Position numbers and translations under genes: made by a program
Shown: positions 1 to 13,694 of the stretch, in pieces
How the letters are laid out: every line of letters starts with the position of its first letter
How positions within the stretch are numbered: position 1 is the stretch's first letter
Source: Octopus sinensis
Taxonomy: Eukaryota
Length of the DNA: 64,000 nucleotides
Direction of reading: 5' to 3'
NCBI RefSeq assembly: GCF_006345805.1
Contig: NC_043000.1
Location: 38,688,001 to 38,752,000, forward strand
The notes under the pieces: model-generated
What the model was told of the DNA's origin: nothing
Database searches by the model: none
What the model saw: only the letters and a program-made list of their open reading frames with translations

Positions 1-1124
1 CGAAATATTATTTGAAGAGGAAAATGAAATTGCTACGTCGTTTTAGATCTTAAGGAAAAGTTTGCGCTTGTGAAGTTACGAAAACATTAATTCTGTGTTT
101 ATATTCAATATTCTAGATTGGTTTATAAGATTGAAGGCGATTATTGAATGAAAGAGATGCATAACGCATGTGATTGTTTCTAAGTTGTTACTTTCTCCAC
201 GTGGCAGAGTCCTTGATAATATTTCTGCTTATTTGCTTGTTCACACAGTATGGAGTAACCGGAAGTATGTTACCATCTATTTTGTGGTAATATCAAGAAA
301 CACGAGGATGTCACGTGAACATTTTAACCACACAGCTTACTCTTATACAAAATATTCTGGCTTATTCATGAGACCCAGGTTTCATACGACTCGTTGTTAA
401 TCCAGTTTCCACGGTCTATCGCTGAATGAGATTGCATGACTCCCCTTGACAGGAACACCGCAATGTTAACTTCTCTGCTATTGTTGGAACTCATTTACAA
501 CTGAATTGACATGAGTAGCCAATAAAAGGAGATGCTTTACCCAAGAACATAACACGTCGCCAGGTTTGATGATCAAGTCAACACCCGAAACACCAAGCTA
601 GGTCCCGTCACTCTATTTAATGCATGTCTTTATTCATATGGATGTTATAAGTCTGCGAGCTGGCAGTTATAAGTCTGCGAGCACAAAGGGCAAACGCTTA
701 GAGGCGTCTGGACCGTCTTTACACTCTTAGTTCAATTCCCTCCGACGTCGATTTTGCCTTTCGCTTTGTCGGGTTAATAAGTTAAGTACCAGTTGAACAC
801 TGGGTTCTATGTAATCGACTTACCCCACAATCCACAAGCATGCTTGCCTTGTACCAAAATTTTAAACTGATATTCATACTGGCGATGGGCTAAAAGAATA
901 GTTAACACGCAGGAGAGAATGTTTAGCAGCTGGTCGCCTGTCTTTACGTTCTGAGTTAAAATGCTGCTGAAGTAGAATTTCTCTTTCATTCTTTCGGACC
1001 CGATACAATAAGTAGCAGTCAACTACTGGGGTCCTTAGAATTCACTTCGCTCTTCTCCTCTTAAAAACTGCTGGCCCTCTGCCAAAATTAGTTACTATGT
1101 GTGTGTATATATATATATATATAT

Positions 1125-1826
1125 AGGTTCAGCAAAATTTAGATTCAAATGAATATAGTACTTAAGTTAGATGCACCAGATTTTTGTATGGTGTTATCCA
1201 TATAAATCCATGGGGTGATTATAATCAAAATAAGCAATAAGAATAACTTCGGTAATTTGGTACGATCGTTTCACGCTACATCACTTTATTAAATATTGTA
1301 AGTATTACAGCAGTTTTAAAATGTTGAGCAATCACCAGCCATTTATAGAGGTTTTCCATTAATACATAATTTTCATATTAATTGATAACATTATAGAGAA
1401 GGTAGATATATAGACAAAGATGTCGATTTAAATTTTAAAAACATTAAGGTAGCAGAGTTTATCTTCTGACTGAAGAATATTCATTACGTTATTTTGAACT
1501 GCTAGAAAGTTGGGAAGTATAATCAGTTGAAAGGAGACAAAAAAGATTTTCTATTTGTAGAAATAGGGGTGAAATAAATGTCAGAAGTTCTTCATAAAGA
1601 AATTAAGGTAGAGAGGGGGTTATAATGCCCTAGAAGCTGTTTACTACTATTTGCCAAACAGATTTTGTATTAAAAAAACTAGGTCAATTTCAGATAGTCA
1701 CAGTGACAACATATATACCAAAAAGTTATAGAGAATACAAAGATTCATTTATACTTATATACATCAGATTTATACTTAGCTGGTAGGTGTTAAGTATAAA
1801 GGGATCTTTGTATTCTCTATAACTTT
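1125..1826 (-). mobile_element. Penelope-like/retrozyme-like remnant with terminal inversion
   Basis: 3' end abuts (TA)n at ~1106-1125. Contains the 1255 hammerhead. Inverted repeat aaagttatagagaatacaaagat...atctttgtattctctataacttt at 1722-1826. Shares an agaact(t)tctgacatttattt segment with 28348-28368. Confidence 0.5.
1255..1344 (-). ncRNA. Degenerate type I hammerhead motif
   Basis: Minus strand reads aaatgg CTGGTGA ttgct...agcgt GAAA cgatcg TA^ ccaaat. Core A6>G substitution, palindromic CGAUCG stem III. Confidence 0.55.
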
Positions 1827-1827
1827 A

Positions 1828-1905
1828 GAAGAAGAAGAAAAAGAAAAAGAAGAAGAAGAAGAAGAAGAAGAAGAAGAAGAAGAAGAAGAAAAAGAAGAAG
1901 ACGAA
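1828..1905. repeat. (GAA)n microsatellite
   Basis: Seen directly. Confidence 0.95.
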
Positions 1906-2295
1906 GAGAATAAAGCGTGTCTGGATTAACGGTTGTGTATGTTGAATATAAAATATATATTCAAGCTTATTCTAAAAGAAAGATGGTATTGATTATTGAT
2001 TACAAAGACTTGTTCAAATAGAGATATGAGATACTTCGCGTCAGAATGATGTATGTTATCTTTTAACAGATATATTTATATCTCCAGTTTACAACACAAT
2101 CTAACAGCATGTTGTATAGTACATAGACGATACACCACATGATTCAATATATACGGATATGTCTACACATTACCCAAAAATAATGCTACTCTGTTACAGA
2201 GCTGGTATATAGCATTAAAGCAAATCCCGAAATAAAGTTAAATACGTTCACGCACTAATATACATACACATTCATACATACACACACATATATAT

Positions 2296-2329
<34 letters not shown>

Positions 2330-2497
2330 CACATGTATGTGTGTGTATGTTCTATGTATGTTATGCGTGTGTCAGTGAGTTTAAGTGTGTGTGTGTGCGT
2401 GTCTTTTATTTGTGAGAGTAATGCATTAATGCACTTCCCTAAAGTTAAGATTTATCCATATACCTTCATGTACATATATATATATGTATATATATGC

Positions 2498-2537
<40 letters not shown>

Positions 2538-2543
2538 CATATA

Positions 2544-2701
2544 TACGACGGGTTTCTTTCAGTTTTCGTCAACCAAATCCACTCAGAAGGCTTTGGTCGG
2601 CCCAAGGCTATAGTAGAAGACACTTGCCCAAGGTACCACGCAGTGGGACTGAACCCGGAACCATGTGGTTCGTAAGCAAGCTACTTACCACACAGCCACT
2701 C
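2544..2701 (-). mobile_element. tRNA-derived CORE-like SINE family B
   Basis: gagtggctgtgtggtaag...ccgggttcagtcccactgcgtggtaccttgggcaagtgtcttc...aaacccgtcgta then TA-rich tail. Other copies near 4010-4155, 19183-19342, 20885-21050, 37715-37875, 38045-38180, 51325-51480, 62195-62355. Confidence 0.75.
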
Positions 2702-3070
2702 ATGTGTGTGTATATATATATATACATATATATATATGTATATATATATACACATATATGTATATATATATATATATATACATATATATGGTTTATATAT
2801 GTAGGTATACATATATATGTAGGTATACATGTATATGTATGTATATGTGTATATATAAATATATGTGTGATTGTGTGTGCGTGGGTGCGTGTGTGTGTGT
2901 ATCTTTAAAGAACACAGACATAGACTAATATAAATACGGTCGAATATATACGTGTCTCTGCGCTTGTGTATAGTTACATATATAAATGAAGACACCTCTA
3001 AATACATAGATGGTTTTGTGGTGCACTATTTTCCGGTATATGTCTATGAGCATACAGAACACGCTGCAAA

Positions 3071-3074
<4 letters not shown>

Positions 3075-3124
<50 letters not shown>

Positions 3125-3135
3125 CATCATCATCG

Positions 3136-3172
<37 letters not shown>

Positions 3173-3260
3173 TATTATATCATTATTATTATCATTATTA
3201 TTATTATTGTTATTATTATTATTATTATTATTATCATTATTTTCATTATCATTATTATTA
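3075..3260. repeat. Compound (ATT)n/(ATC)n microsatellite
   Basis: Seen directly; source of the poly-I/L/S/N/M ORFs in the track. Confidence 0.95.
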
Positions 3261-3806
3261 CGCAGTTGCATTCTTTTTCTCCATTATCGATTCCATGGCA
3301 AGTCTTGTAACGAGGACATAAATATATTCCCATCTACAATACATACCTATGACGATAATCTGGAGAAAAGCAACGAGCGGCACGTTATCTGTTTGTCATA
3401 AAAAACATAGTTTGCCATGTTAAACATTTTAAAGTAGAACTTATGTAAACCAATTCTTTAGAATTCCTAATCAGTTTTGTGGATCTGCCTGTTCCAACCT
3501 ATGTAGAAATTATCTTTCTTTTCTCCTGACATTTTACATTTTTATCTTTTCAGTTTTTTATATTTTCTAAGTGCCTGTCGCCATGTTGAATGGATTATTG
3601 TTTTTTTTATGTATGTGTGTGGATAACTCTGTTTGCTATGTAAATTAATCTCTATCATTATGTTGGCAACTGCGTTGAAGTATAAAGTTTACTGATGATT
3701 TCAAAATAACACCGAAAACAGTCCAGCATTGTATGCCCTACAGGCCGAAATAATTAATCTACAATTCATGTAGAATATAATTATAAGACTATTTTTGAAC
3801 AAGTTA

Positions 3807-3918
3807 TGAAACAAAAACAATTGCAGCGTGGAAGGTGTTTAGAAGCCATTTAAAAACCGTTTTTGTGTGTTTTTAAATGGCTCTAAACACCTTCCACGCT
3901 GCAATTGTTTTTGTTTCA
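3807..3918. repeat. Near-perfect inverted repeat (~50-bp arms)
   Basis: tgaaacaaaaacaattgcagcgtggaaggtgtttag(a)agccatttaaaa / ttttaaatggctctaaacaccttccacgctgcaattgtttttgtttca. Confidence 0.9.
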
Positions 3919-4557
3919 GCACACGATCTCAGATCAGGTCACTTGCAATGCAAGTACATCTCCATAATTATGTAATATAATTATGCAATTAATCATTTTG
4001 ATTATTGATAGGCGTAGACATGACTGGGTGGTTAAGAAATGCGATTTGCACCTTGTTTTGTGTTTAGTGCCAGTAGGCGGCATTTTGGTCTAGGGTCAAC
4101 CAATGCCTTGTAAAAGAATTTAATAAACGGAAACTGCATAGAATCCTGTCGTATATAAGAGTCGAAATTTGACTGCGATTTACAAATCAAACCAAGATTG
4201 CTGATGTAAGAAACCTTTAGAGAGAAATCCTACATGAATTCAATCAGTAGATAAGAGGCATCACAGATGCCAAATATATTCAATTCAGTTCTTGAAAAGG
4301 TGACTGTGAAAGTGTCAAATGTCAGATATGAGTTAAAGAACTTTATTGTTCCAAACCAACTGTAAAGCTAATAAGAAACTATTAGAATTCTAAAATAGTT
4401 GTGCATTTAGTAAAACACACACATGAGTACATTTTTTACTAAAGTTCGTTTTATGTTCAGTTATATTAAAAAGAACTTCACGTTAATCAGTTGGGTAACT
4501 CTATTCACGCCTCTGACAAAGATGAAGCTGATGAACTGAGATGTCATTGGATTAAAG

Positions 4558-4662
4558 CAGTGGTTCCCACCCTGAGGCCTATGGGGGTCTAGTGGTCTGC
4601 AATGGTAATATTGGGGGTCCGTGAACTAAATTCAAAATTTTATATACATACATACATAATAT

Positions 4663-4703
<41 letters not shown>

Positions 4704-4895
4704 CTATATATATATATATAATATATATATATATACTTTGATACTTTGATAGGTTTCGGCCATTATTGACCCAGGCCATGTCTAACTTAATAGCACCACT
4801 TGGGGACGGTCATGTTGCCAGTTTAGCCAATAGACCTTCCCCAATACAACAATATGCTTCAACACACGAATTCAAATCAAGAAACTTGCAAAACG

Positions 4896-4931
<36 letters not shown>

Positions 4932-4952
4932 TATATAGATATATATATATTA

Positions 4953-4999
<47 letters not shown>

Positions 5000-5324
5000 A
5001 TATTATATAATATATAATATATTATATTATTATTATTATTATATTTTATTATTATTATTATTATATTATTATATTATTATCCAGCAGTTTGGTTAGAAAC
5101 TTTTGTGATATGCTGCTTTTTAATAAAGCATACTACTCTACCTCTCGTATTCTAGTACTATTTTTCCACCTTGTTTCGCATTTGTGTGCTTACTCTAGTA
5201 TAACATACATACATACATACATACATACATACATACTTAAGGTTAAGCATATTAGAAGGGAAAACTCAATTAAAAGGGTTGGGACAACTGTGGGGAACCA
5301 GTGTGAAAATGTTGGCAGACACTG
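4558..5324. mobile_element. hAT (Charlie-like) MITE with nested microsatellites
   Basis: TIRs cagtggttcccacc / gttggcagacactg. 8-bp TSD gattaaag / aattaaag (7 of 8 match). Confidence 0.65.
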
Positions 5325-5664
5325 AATTAAAGTGATATCTTCGTACACAACGTGCATTCCACTCCGTATGTGTCAGTAACTGGAATCCAGTGACAAGAAT
5401 TGCAAGTTGACTGGAAGCTGGATCATCTGCAGGTCAAATTTTACCCCCCAAACGATACTTACAAATCATCAGGTATATGAATAAAGCATATTTGCACACG
5501 AATTCTTTTCTACTCTTGGTACAAAGCCCGAAATTTGTGGGGAGGGGGTCAGTCAATTAGATTGAATCCAGTGCGCAACTGGTACTTAATTTATTGTTCC
5601 CGAAAAGCTAAGTCGACCTCGGCGGAATTTGAACTCAGAACATAAAGACAGACGAATTACCTAT

Positions 5665-5892
5665 TTCTTTACTACCCACAAGGGGCTAAACCCAGGGAGG
5701 ACAAACAAGGACAGGCAAACGGATTAAGTCGATTATATCGACCCCAGTGCGTAACTGGTACTTATTTAATCGACCCCGAAAGCATGAAAGGCAAAGTCGA
5801 CCTCGGCGGAATTTGAACCCAGAACGTAACGGCAGACGAAATACGGCTACGTATTTCGCCCGGCGTGCTGACGTGTCTGCCAGCTCGCCGCC
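5665..5892 (-). mobile_element. tRNA-derived SINE family A (best copy)
   Basis: ggcggcgagctggcaga...gggttcaaattccgccgaggtcgactttgcctttcatgctttcggggtcgattaaataagtaccag: A/B-box-like head plus a Meta/Nin-like central domain. Other copies near 655-870, 885-1090, 5505-5660, 11810-11920, 12715-12915, 15230-15435, 18920-19050, 35050-35400, 38700-38870, 46225-46420, 48020-48225, 49880-50070. Confidence 0.75.
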
Positions 5893-6154
5893 TTTGCACA
5901 CATATTGAGAGCCGTTGATTCGTAATTAGTTAATCTGCCGTTTAATGGGTCTTGTCTATGATTCACCGTCCTCATGAAGCAGGACTGACGGCATTGCTAG
6001 TTTACTCACCGACAACTAGACAATGCAACAGAGTTTCTACTGGGTTACATGCTGCCAGTTTCAAACTGGATCACACACACACACACACATCTATATAAAA
6101 GGGAGAAAGAGAGAGGGGGAATGTAAATATACTTGTATAAATACATACATATAT

Positions 6155-6207
<53 letters not shown>

Positions 6208-8130
6208 TCATATACACATACAATATGAATGTACCGTAGGCTCGAAACGTAGACTTTCTAACCTTCCGAGCGTCAAAATAATACACCTGCTTGTTGTTTA
6301 TACACCTGTCCCGTCTTTGGTTTTCTGTGAATTTCAACTACATAAATATATTTTTTCTTTATATAGGACTATCATTGGACAGTTTGTATAGGTGAAGAGG
6401 GTTAACTTGGACGGTGTTATGGAAGTTTTAATCATCCGATGCACAGGTCATAAGGACTACAAAAATAGCGATTCTCACCTGAAACTGACAATTTTAAAAA
6501 TCGTTTTAGATTACAGAACTCTCATGGATCCATGTTTAAAATGTCAGCGCAATCGGATGAACAATACTCGAGTTATAACCGCACAAAAAACAGACAGACA
6601 GAACGGGATTTATATATTAGATTAAGGATAAAATAACTTTAATGATTTTATCAAATGGCCAGCGAGAAATAAAAGACGTATAGGTAACATTTTATACTAA
6701 TTCATACAACTCGTGCTAATAGATTATTAAAGTGGTTTTAGAGCCATTTGGTCTTTTTCTAGCGTGTTGGTATCGTCAATCCGTACTCTCTAATATAATT
6801 ATATTATTTAATTATAAATTAGTATACATAAATATATGTTTATTTACATACATGTGTATATGTTTCTCGTACTCTGTCAGTCTGCCTATTCATGAATCTA
6901 TCTAAGCGTCCATCTTTCTGTCTATTCCCAACGATCTTCTGCGTGTTTCTGTCTACCATACATCAATTAACAAGTCTAAAGGAAACTATAGAAACAGAAA
7001 AAATCTCCAGACGCTGTTATATGTAATCGAAACTTGGTTGCGAAGCCTTATTTCTTATAACACAACTAAACACCTGGCTGCGAAGAAACAATGGCCCAGT
7101 GGTTACGGCAGCGGACTCGCGGTTTCGTTTCACAGACCGGGAGTTGTGAGTGTTTATTGAGCGAAAACACCTAAAGCTCCACGATCTCTGACAGGGGGTG
7201 GTGGGGTGAACCCTGCTGTGTTCTTTCAACACAACTTTCTCTGACTTATTCTTCCTGTTTCTCTTCTCCTGTATTTTAAAGGGCCAGCCTTGTAACACTC
7301 TGCGTCACGCTGAATCTCCCCGAAAAACTACGTTAAGGGTACACGTGTCTGTTGGGTGCTCAGCCACTTGCATGTTAATTTCATGAGTAAGCCGTTCCGT
7401 TGATCGGATCAACTGGAACCCTCGTCATAGTAACCGACGGGGTGTCACGACATACCTGTCTGCAAATGAAATTGTATAATGCTAGCTTTTATATAAAGCT
7501 ATTGTTTCTTCAGTTTCATTATTGAGAATTATCAGAAAATATCCACAAAGTGCAAGAAAGGAAACCCTCAAGTTGTATTCAAGAAATTTAATAATGATGC
7601 TGTCACAAAAAGGAATACACACTCTCACGGCATTTCAGAAAATTTACACCGGTGTTAAAACGCTGAATAACAATGCTTCTGTACGTATAAGCTTTCATAC
7701 AATACTACATCGATGATAATAAATAACGAATATAGACCTATGAAATATTTGCATTAATGGAAATATTCAAGCAGAAAACAATCATTGGATATTGGTAGGA
7801 TATCGAACAGTTGAATAATTACTGAAGAGAAGAAAAGCAAAACATAAAACGCAAGAAAATATAAGAAGGAAGACAGAATTTGTTTATCGAAATATCATAC
7901 AAACAGTCACAAAATATACATATGTGTTCTTGTAAAATACTTTTATACAAATCGCACGTTAGCAAGAACTGGCAACGAAAAGGTACATACACATATGTAC
8001 CTTTACATACACACATTACACACATATATATACATGTATGATCTATATATATATATATATTATATATATATAATATATATATATATATTATATTATTATA
8101 TATACATATATATATGTATGTATGTATATG

Positions 8131-8162
<32 letters not shown>

Positions 8163-8774
8163 TGTATATTATATAATATATCTATATATATATATATAAA
8201 ATCTACATATAGTTATATATATGTATCTTATATATATATTAATTTATTATATAATATACACATTATATATATAATATATATGCATATATTATATATATAT
8301 ATAGATATATATATATATCATATATATATATTATGCATATATATATATATATATGATATATATCGATATATATATATATATATATTATATCATGAACATC
8401 CTTCTGCCAAGAAGCAACGAGTTTGGGTATATAGATAAAATTGAAAACAAGATTACATCCTTGAATATATTCAACTCTAATGATATATATAGTTAATCTA
8501 AAGATGAAAACGCAAAGTGAAAACACAACAAAGCCAGGACGTGGAACAAGTATAGTGTTATTGGACGCTCATGAAAGGAAAGAAAGAAGGAGGATTTAAC
8601 GTTTCGAAGCGGAGCTCTTCGAAAAACCATAGGAAAGGGAAAGATCCAAGGAAGGGAAGACGGAGGAGGAAAAATCGCCAACGGTACACACGCGGTCACA
8701 TTTACAACACACACACACACACACCACACACACACACACACCACACACACACACACATATAATTATATATATAT

Positions 8775-8827
<53 letters not shown>

Positions 8828-9043
8828 TATGTATATATGTGCGTGTAAATGGATGAATGAATTATCTTTGTTACCATTAACATGGAAATTTCAATAAACA
8901 GTTACCAGGGTAGCAAAAGTCGCGCAAGTAACAAGGATGTAGCGACCTATTCAAAGGTAGAAACTCCGAGTTAATGTGCAGTAATTTGTATAGTATAAGT
9001 AAATAAATCTGAGTTAACGCAGATGTTATTCAAATTATTTTAA

Positions 9044-9124
9044 TTTCGACATATGTTTCGAAGACAATATTGGTTTTATTCCGACAGAATAAACGGTGTA
9101 AAATAATGTAATCTCATCAGGAAA
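9044..9124 (-). ncRNA. Type I hammerhead ribozyme motif, stem II partly decayed
   Basis: Minus strand reads tttc CTGATGA g...tttattc tgtcg gaataaa...c GAAA catatg TC^ gaaa. Palindromic CAUAUG stem III, GUC triplet. Confidence 0.65.
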
Positions 9125-9329
9125 GAAAGAGAACCTATCTCAACAACAATACATTATAACAATTTTGATGACTGCATAAATGATAAACAGAACGCTATTA
9201 AGTATTTAAATAAAAAACCGTTAGCAGATCCTTTCCTTCTCTGATATTGAGGTTTCATTCTTTTGTTGTTACATTGTATCATTATTTATATAGATGTGTG
9301 TGTGTGTGTGTTTGCGTGTGCGTAACATA

Positions 9330-10100
9330 TATCAGAGCATATCATTTCGCGCCTTCTCTCCCTTAATTTTCTCAACTAGCTCATTTGTTGCACCGAGTCG
9401 ATTTCCTTTGTCTAGTGACACTGGATACCTTCAAGACCCACAGTTTGGCGCATTTTGGCGACTATAATCGACAGCAGTATTTTATGTGACTATGAATCAA
9501 CGCTCTCCAAAGGAGTAGTGCGCTATTCTTTTTTTTTTCTCGTTCACAATGATTTCGGAATCCAAACAGCCACTCGATTCACAATGTGACCATCTTAGTA
9601 ATATAAAAATTGAATGATGCACCATTAATCATATGGATTCCTATGTCACGCACCAACTCTCACTCAGGAATTGCATTACCCCTTCGTCTTGTGTAGTCTA
9701 ATTTCGATCTATTAGTGGGCCGATAGCAGAATGCTTGAAAATTTTCAGTATTGAAATGCATGCTCTCTCGTATTGCCTCTGAGTCTTTCTGCAGTTTTAG
9801 GATGTATCAGAGACCTTGATGGCTGTCGATATGTTTGTATTTTGAGCAGAGCTGGCGAGTGTGGATGACTGTATGGCTTACAGAACAACCACAAACCATA
9901 GTGGTTCAAGTACAGTTCTGTGAGCGACTCCGCTCAGAAGTGATCTCTTCTCAGAGAGAGCAACATTAACTGCGACAATCTAACATCTACCTTTTAAAAA
10001 GTTGTGCAGCCGCTGCCCATGTTTTCTTGCCATACCATGTCCACTCAGTTTGTCATATCTCATACCATCATCAACCATGTCGAATGCCTTGATAATTCCA
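9330..10100 (-). pseudogene. Highly decayed CR1/L2-group LINE reverse transcriptase
   Basis: Minus-strand pieces IKAFDMVDDGM...LHNFLK, SGVAHRTVLEPLWF (decayed SGVPQGTVLGPLLF), LQKDSEAI and MHFNTENFQAFCY, with stops and frameshifts. Confidence 0.7.
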
Positions 10101-11093
10101 AGAAAACATTCTAGTCTTTCGCGGTGTCTAGTTATGAACAGCAAGGTAACTATAGCCGCTAGAAAAGAAACTTATTAATAAGGAATAAAACTCACAATAT
10201 TTGGTGTGCTTTCATCCTCAGCCAGCTTATATAGCATTACGGAATCTGCAGCCCACAGATAACTATTCCTCAGATAATACATTAATCTTGATTAGTTGCT
10301 AAATTTCAGGTAAGTTCTACTTCGCAAAACTGCCTGATTATACAGTAGAGTACTATGGACGTTGCTCATATAAATATCTTTGCCTGCATACTTATAAAGT
10401 CAATTTCACAGATCGAAAGAACGTACAAGCTCAAACAAGCTTCAATTCTGTTTTACACCTGCTCTGCTGCCAGCTGTCACCGTAATTTCAGTCTTAGCTT
10501 TGAACTTTAGGCTTGCCTACACTTTTCCAAACCCACGTCTTAATTTATTATTCCAGCTACCTTTATTATCTCACCTACAAGAAATTTCACTGAGCAGTTG
10601 ACCGCCTGCTCCTCTCTACAACTGTAATTTCTTCCCCATGGTCATTGTTTCCGAAAATATAGAGAAAGACACCTGCCTAGAAATATCCAGGTTCACAAAA
10701 CAACCTGAAACTCCCTGAATCTCAGGGGTTACGATAAATGTCGAAGGGATTTGTTCATTATTTTCTGATTGTTCAATGTCGTAAATAATTATAAGCACCA
10801 TATTCTGTAGCTTCTGGATGTGCCAAAGTCAATTTGAAGTGCCTTTACATGGCCGTGCGTATTTAGGGCCCCCTACACTCGATGTTGCAGTTATATGAAT
10901 GTACCTTCTAACATGCCTATTTTCTACAAAACAGAACATATTCTCACATTTGTGACTGTACCTTGTAATACTAAACATCTGAGATTCACACCATGGGACG
11001 TTATCTCACATCACAGAACAACTTTAGATACAAATATTCTGTCAGAAAGAGCAAACATTAAATCGTGTATTGAATATTGAAGTGAAGTTCAGA

Positions 11094-11098
<5 letters not shown>

Positions 11099-11163
<65 letters not shown>
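11099..11163. repeat. (GA)n microsatellite
   Basis: Seen directly. Confidence 0.95.
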
Positions 11164-11164
<1 letters not shown>

Positions 11165-13585
11165 GGGGGAAAGGAATGTAGAGCGTAACTGCCAAGCATG
11201 ATAAGGATACGGTAACATGTGCACATGTTACTTTTTATTCTTCTGAACTGGAGAACACACAAAGAATACAAAATGTCTAAATAGTATTGATTACATTAAG
11301 TTAATCGATCGGTTATTTTGTACAGGAATTTACAATCGGAAAGTAGCAAAAAGAAAACGAACGCAGATATCCAGCAAATAACGATTTCCAAATATGATGT
11401 TTAAATGGTTTTAATTAAACTGGTTTCTCTCAAGCATGGTAGATATTCTAATTAAAATGCAGAACACGTTACTAATATCTGCAGTAAGAGATAGTTCATG
11501 TTAGCTTGATATGTTTAATGAATAAAGGAAATTATTTGCAAGGTATCTCTAATTAAATCGTACTCATAAACAACCGACAACTTTAATGAGTAGGGAGACT
11601 TTATTAATTGAGAGACAAATTATAAAAACTAACACCTGTACTTCGCTTTCCAAATATATTCGAGTCGATACATGAATGCCCTTGGACTGTGTGGCGTCGG
11701 GATAAGTTTGTTTCCTGGTCATATCTTATACAATTTAAAATCATATACTAGATACGAAAACCACAGACAGCACTTCATACATGGTTCCAAACATCCATCT
11801 GCAATATTGATTTCATATTTTGGCGGAGGAAGCTGATTACATTGACCGCCCCCAGTGACCAGTTGGTACTTCTTTTATCAATTCCGAAAAGATGAAAGGC
11901 AAAGTCGACCTCTATGGAATAATCCACCTGAAATATTGTTTATTAGTATCTTCTCGGATCTTTATCAATATGGCAGAACAATTCATTTCCAGCGACAAAG
12001 AAGAATTATAATTTTATAGAGTATCACAAATTGAATCAGTCTTCACTTGAACAGCAAGCAGTAACATAGTAAAATTCATGAGTGTTTCAGATATTTACGA
12101 TTCTCTAGAATAATTTTGACAGAGAGAAAAATAATGTTCTTCGAGGAAAGAAGGTACAACTTTGAGAAAGCAAGACGCTGCCATAACACTCATGATGTCC
12201 GGCAGACGGCCATGACATACGAAGTTACAAACATAAAGTGCAAAAGCTATGATGTTTAATGCAAAGCACTGTAGCCTGACAGTTAGGATGTTATACTCAC
12301 GATCGTATGGTCATAGTTTCGATCCGTGGAGCAGGGAGTCCGCTGTGTTCTTGAGCGAAACATCTCATTTCCCGTTGCCCTACGACCACAAGGGTATTTG
12401 ACGTGTGGCACACCGTTCGCCTGCACAGGCAATGTCCATTTCATGAACATTGGGAAAACGTTTGATCACCATAAAACATCAATGCATGCTGTTCAGCAGG
12501 AAGTTGTAGGACTCAACGTGGTCATTCCACATTCTAAAAACAGCAGCCAAATCCCTCAAATTGTTCCTTTTGATGTTATACGAAAATAATACATTAAAGG
12601 ATGTAGTCCTTTCTTTATTTTTTTTCTCTCGAGCTCTAAGAATCATAAAGCTGGCTGTTCGGTTACCATGGTGTATAAGTGACCGATTTTCCAAGGTCAC
12701 CCTGCGTTGCTGGGCGCAACATCAGAAATCTCAAGGGGAGGGTTAGTCGATTATATTAACCTCAGTACTTTACTAGTATTCTATCTTATCGACCCCGAAG
12801 GGAATAAAAGCAAGGTTGATCTCGGTAGAGTTTGAACGCAACTGATAAAGAGTAGGAAGAAATGCCACTTAACATTTTGTCCGGTGTCCTGACAATTCTG
12901 CAGCCCGTCGCCTTAGAATATTGTCCTAGGCACTACCAAAAAGCACAGGATCGTGTCACGGCTGGCAAGAAGTACTTGACCCTCGTTCAGCTTGTTTAAT
13001 GTTTATCCCGGTTAAAGAAAGGAACAGATAAGGCTATTAGCCTTATTGTTCCTTGTGGGGAATTCAAATAAAGTATTTTGTCCAGATAAATTTTACGTAA
13101 TGTGGAATGAACTTAACCTTAAACATTCATAGTAAGAGATATTATGTTTATAGCCAAGTTAGGGCTATCATACGCAATGTAGTGTAAAATAATATTATTC
13201 TGGTTATACTTTGCTTTCAAATCTCTTTTATTCACGCTTTATATTTGATATTTATTTTCCAGCGCATTACTTCTCACATATTTTAAATGGCATTCATTTG
13301 TTATGGGGAAGAACAATCTATAACATCCTCATTTTAAAACGCAATAACGTAATATTAAAAATAGGGGAAACTAACAATTGCTGTGTGCGAAAAAAAGAAA
13401 TAAAAAGCTTCTAGTTCTTTACAGTAGGTTCGATCACAGTAGGTTCGAAATCTTAATGACACATAATTATGTGACTTCCATTCTATCATTTAGAAAATTT
13501 CACAATATACTATTATTAATATTTTTGTTATTGTTATTTAGAATAGTTTGATTCGGGCTCCTTGCATATATATATAATATATATA

Positions 13586-13694
<109 letters not shown>

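Noticed and set aside
2333-3401. Long ORFs of YI/CV/HT/poly-I/L/N type here and throughout (e.g. 25020-25679, 30133-30530, 33361-33901, 35883-36337)
   Set aside because: Translations of microsatellites; no coding signal.
5325-5430. Open minus-strand frame after ctgcag
   Set aside because: No pyrimidine tract, no convincing donor and no domain signal.
6555-6790. Very decayed hammerhead-like remnants (ttgacga...ataactcgagta) in a TA-flanked block
   Set aside because: Both core halves are mutated and the spacing is about 200 nt; not supportable without a consensus.
11635-11800. Coding-looking stretch after a minus-strand gcag
   Set aside because: Stops in all three minus-strand frames.
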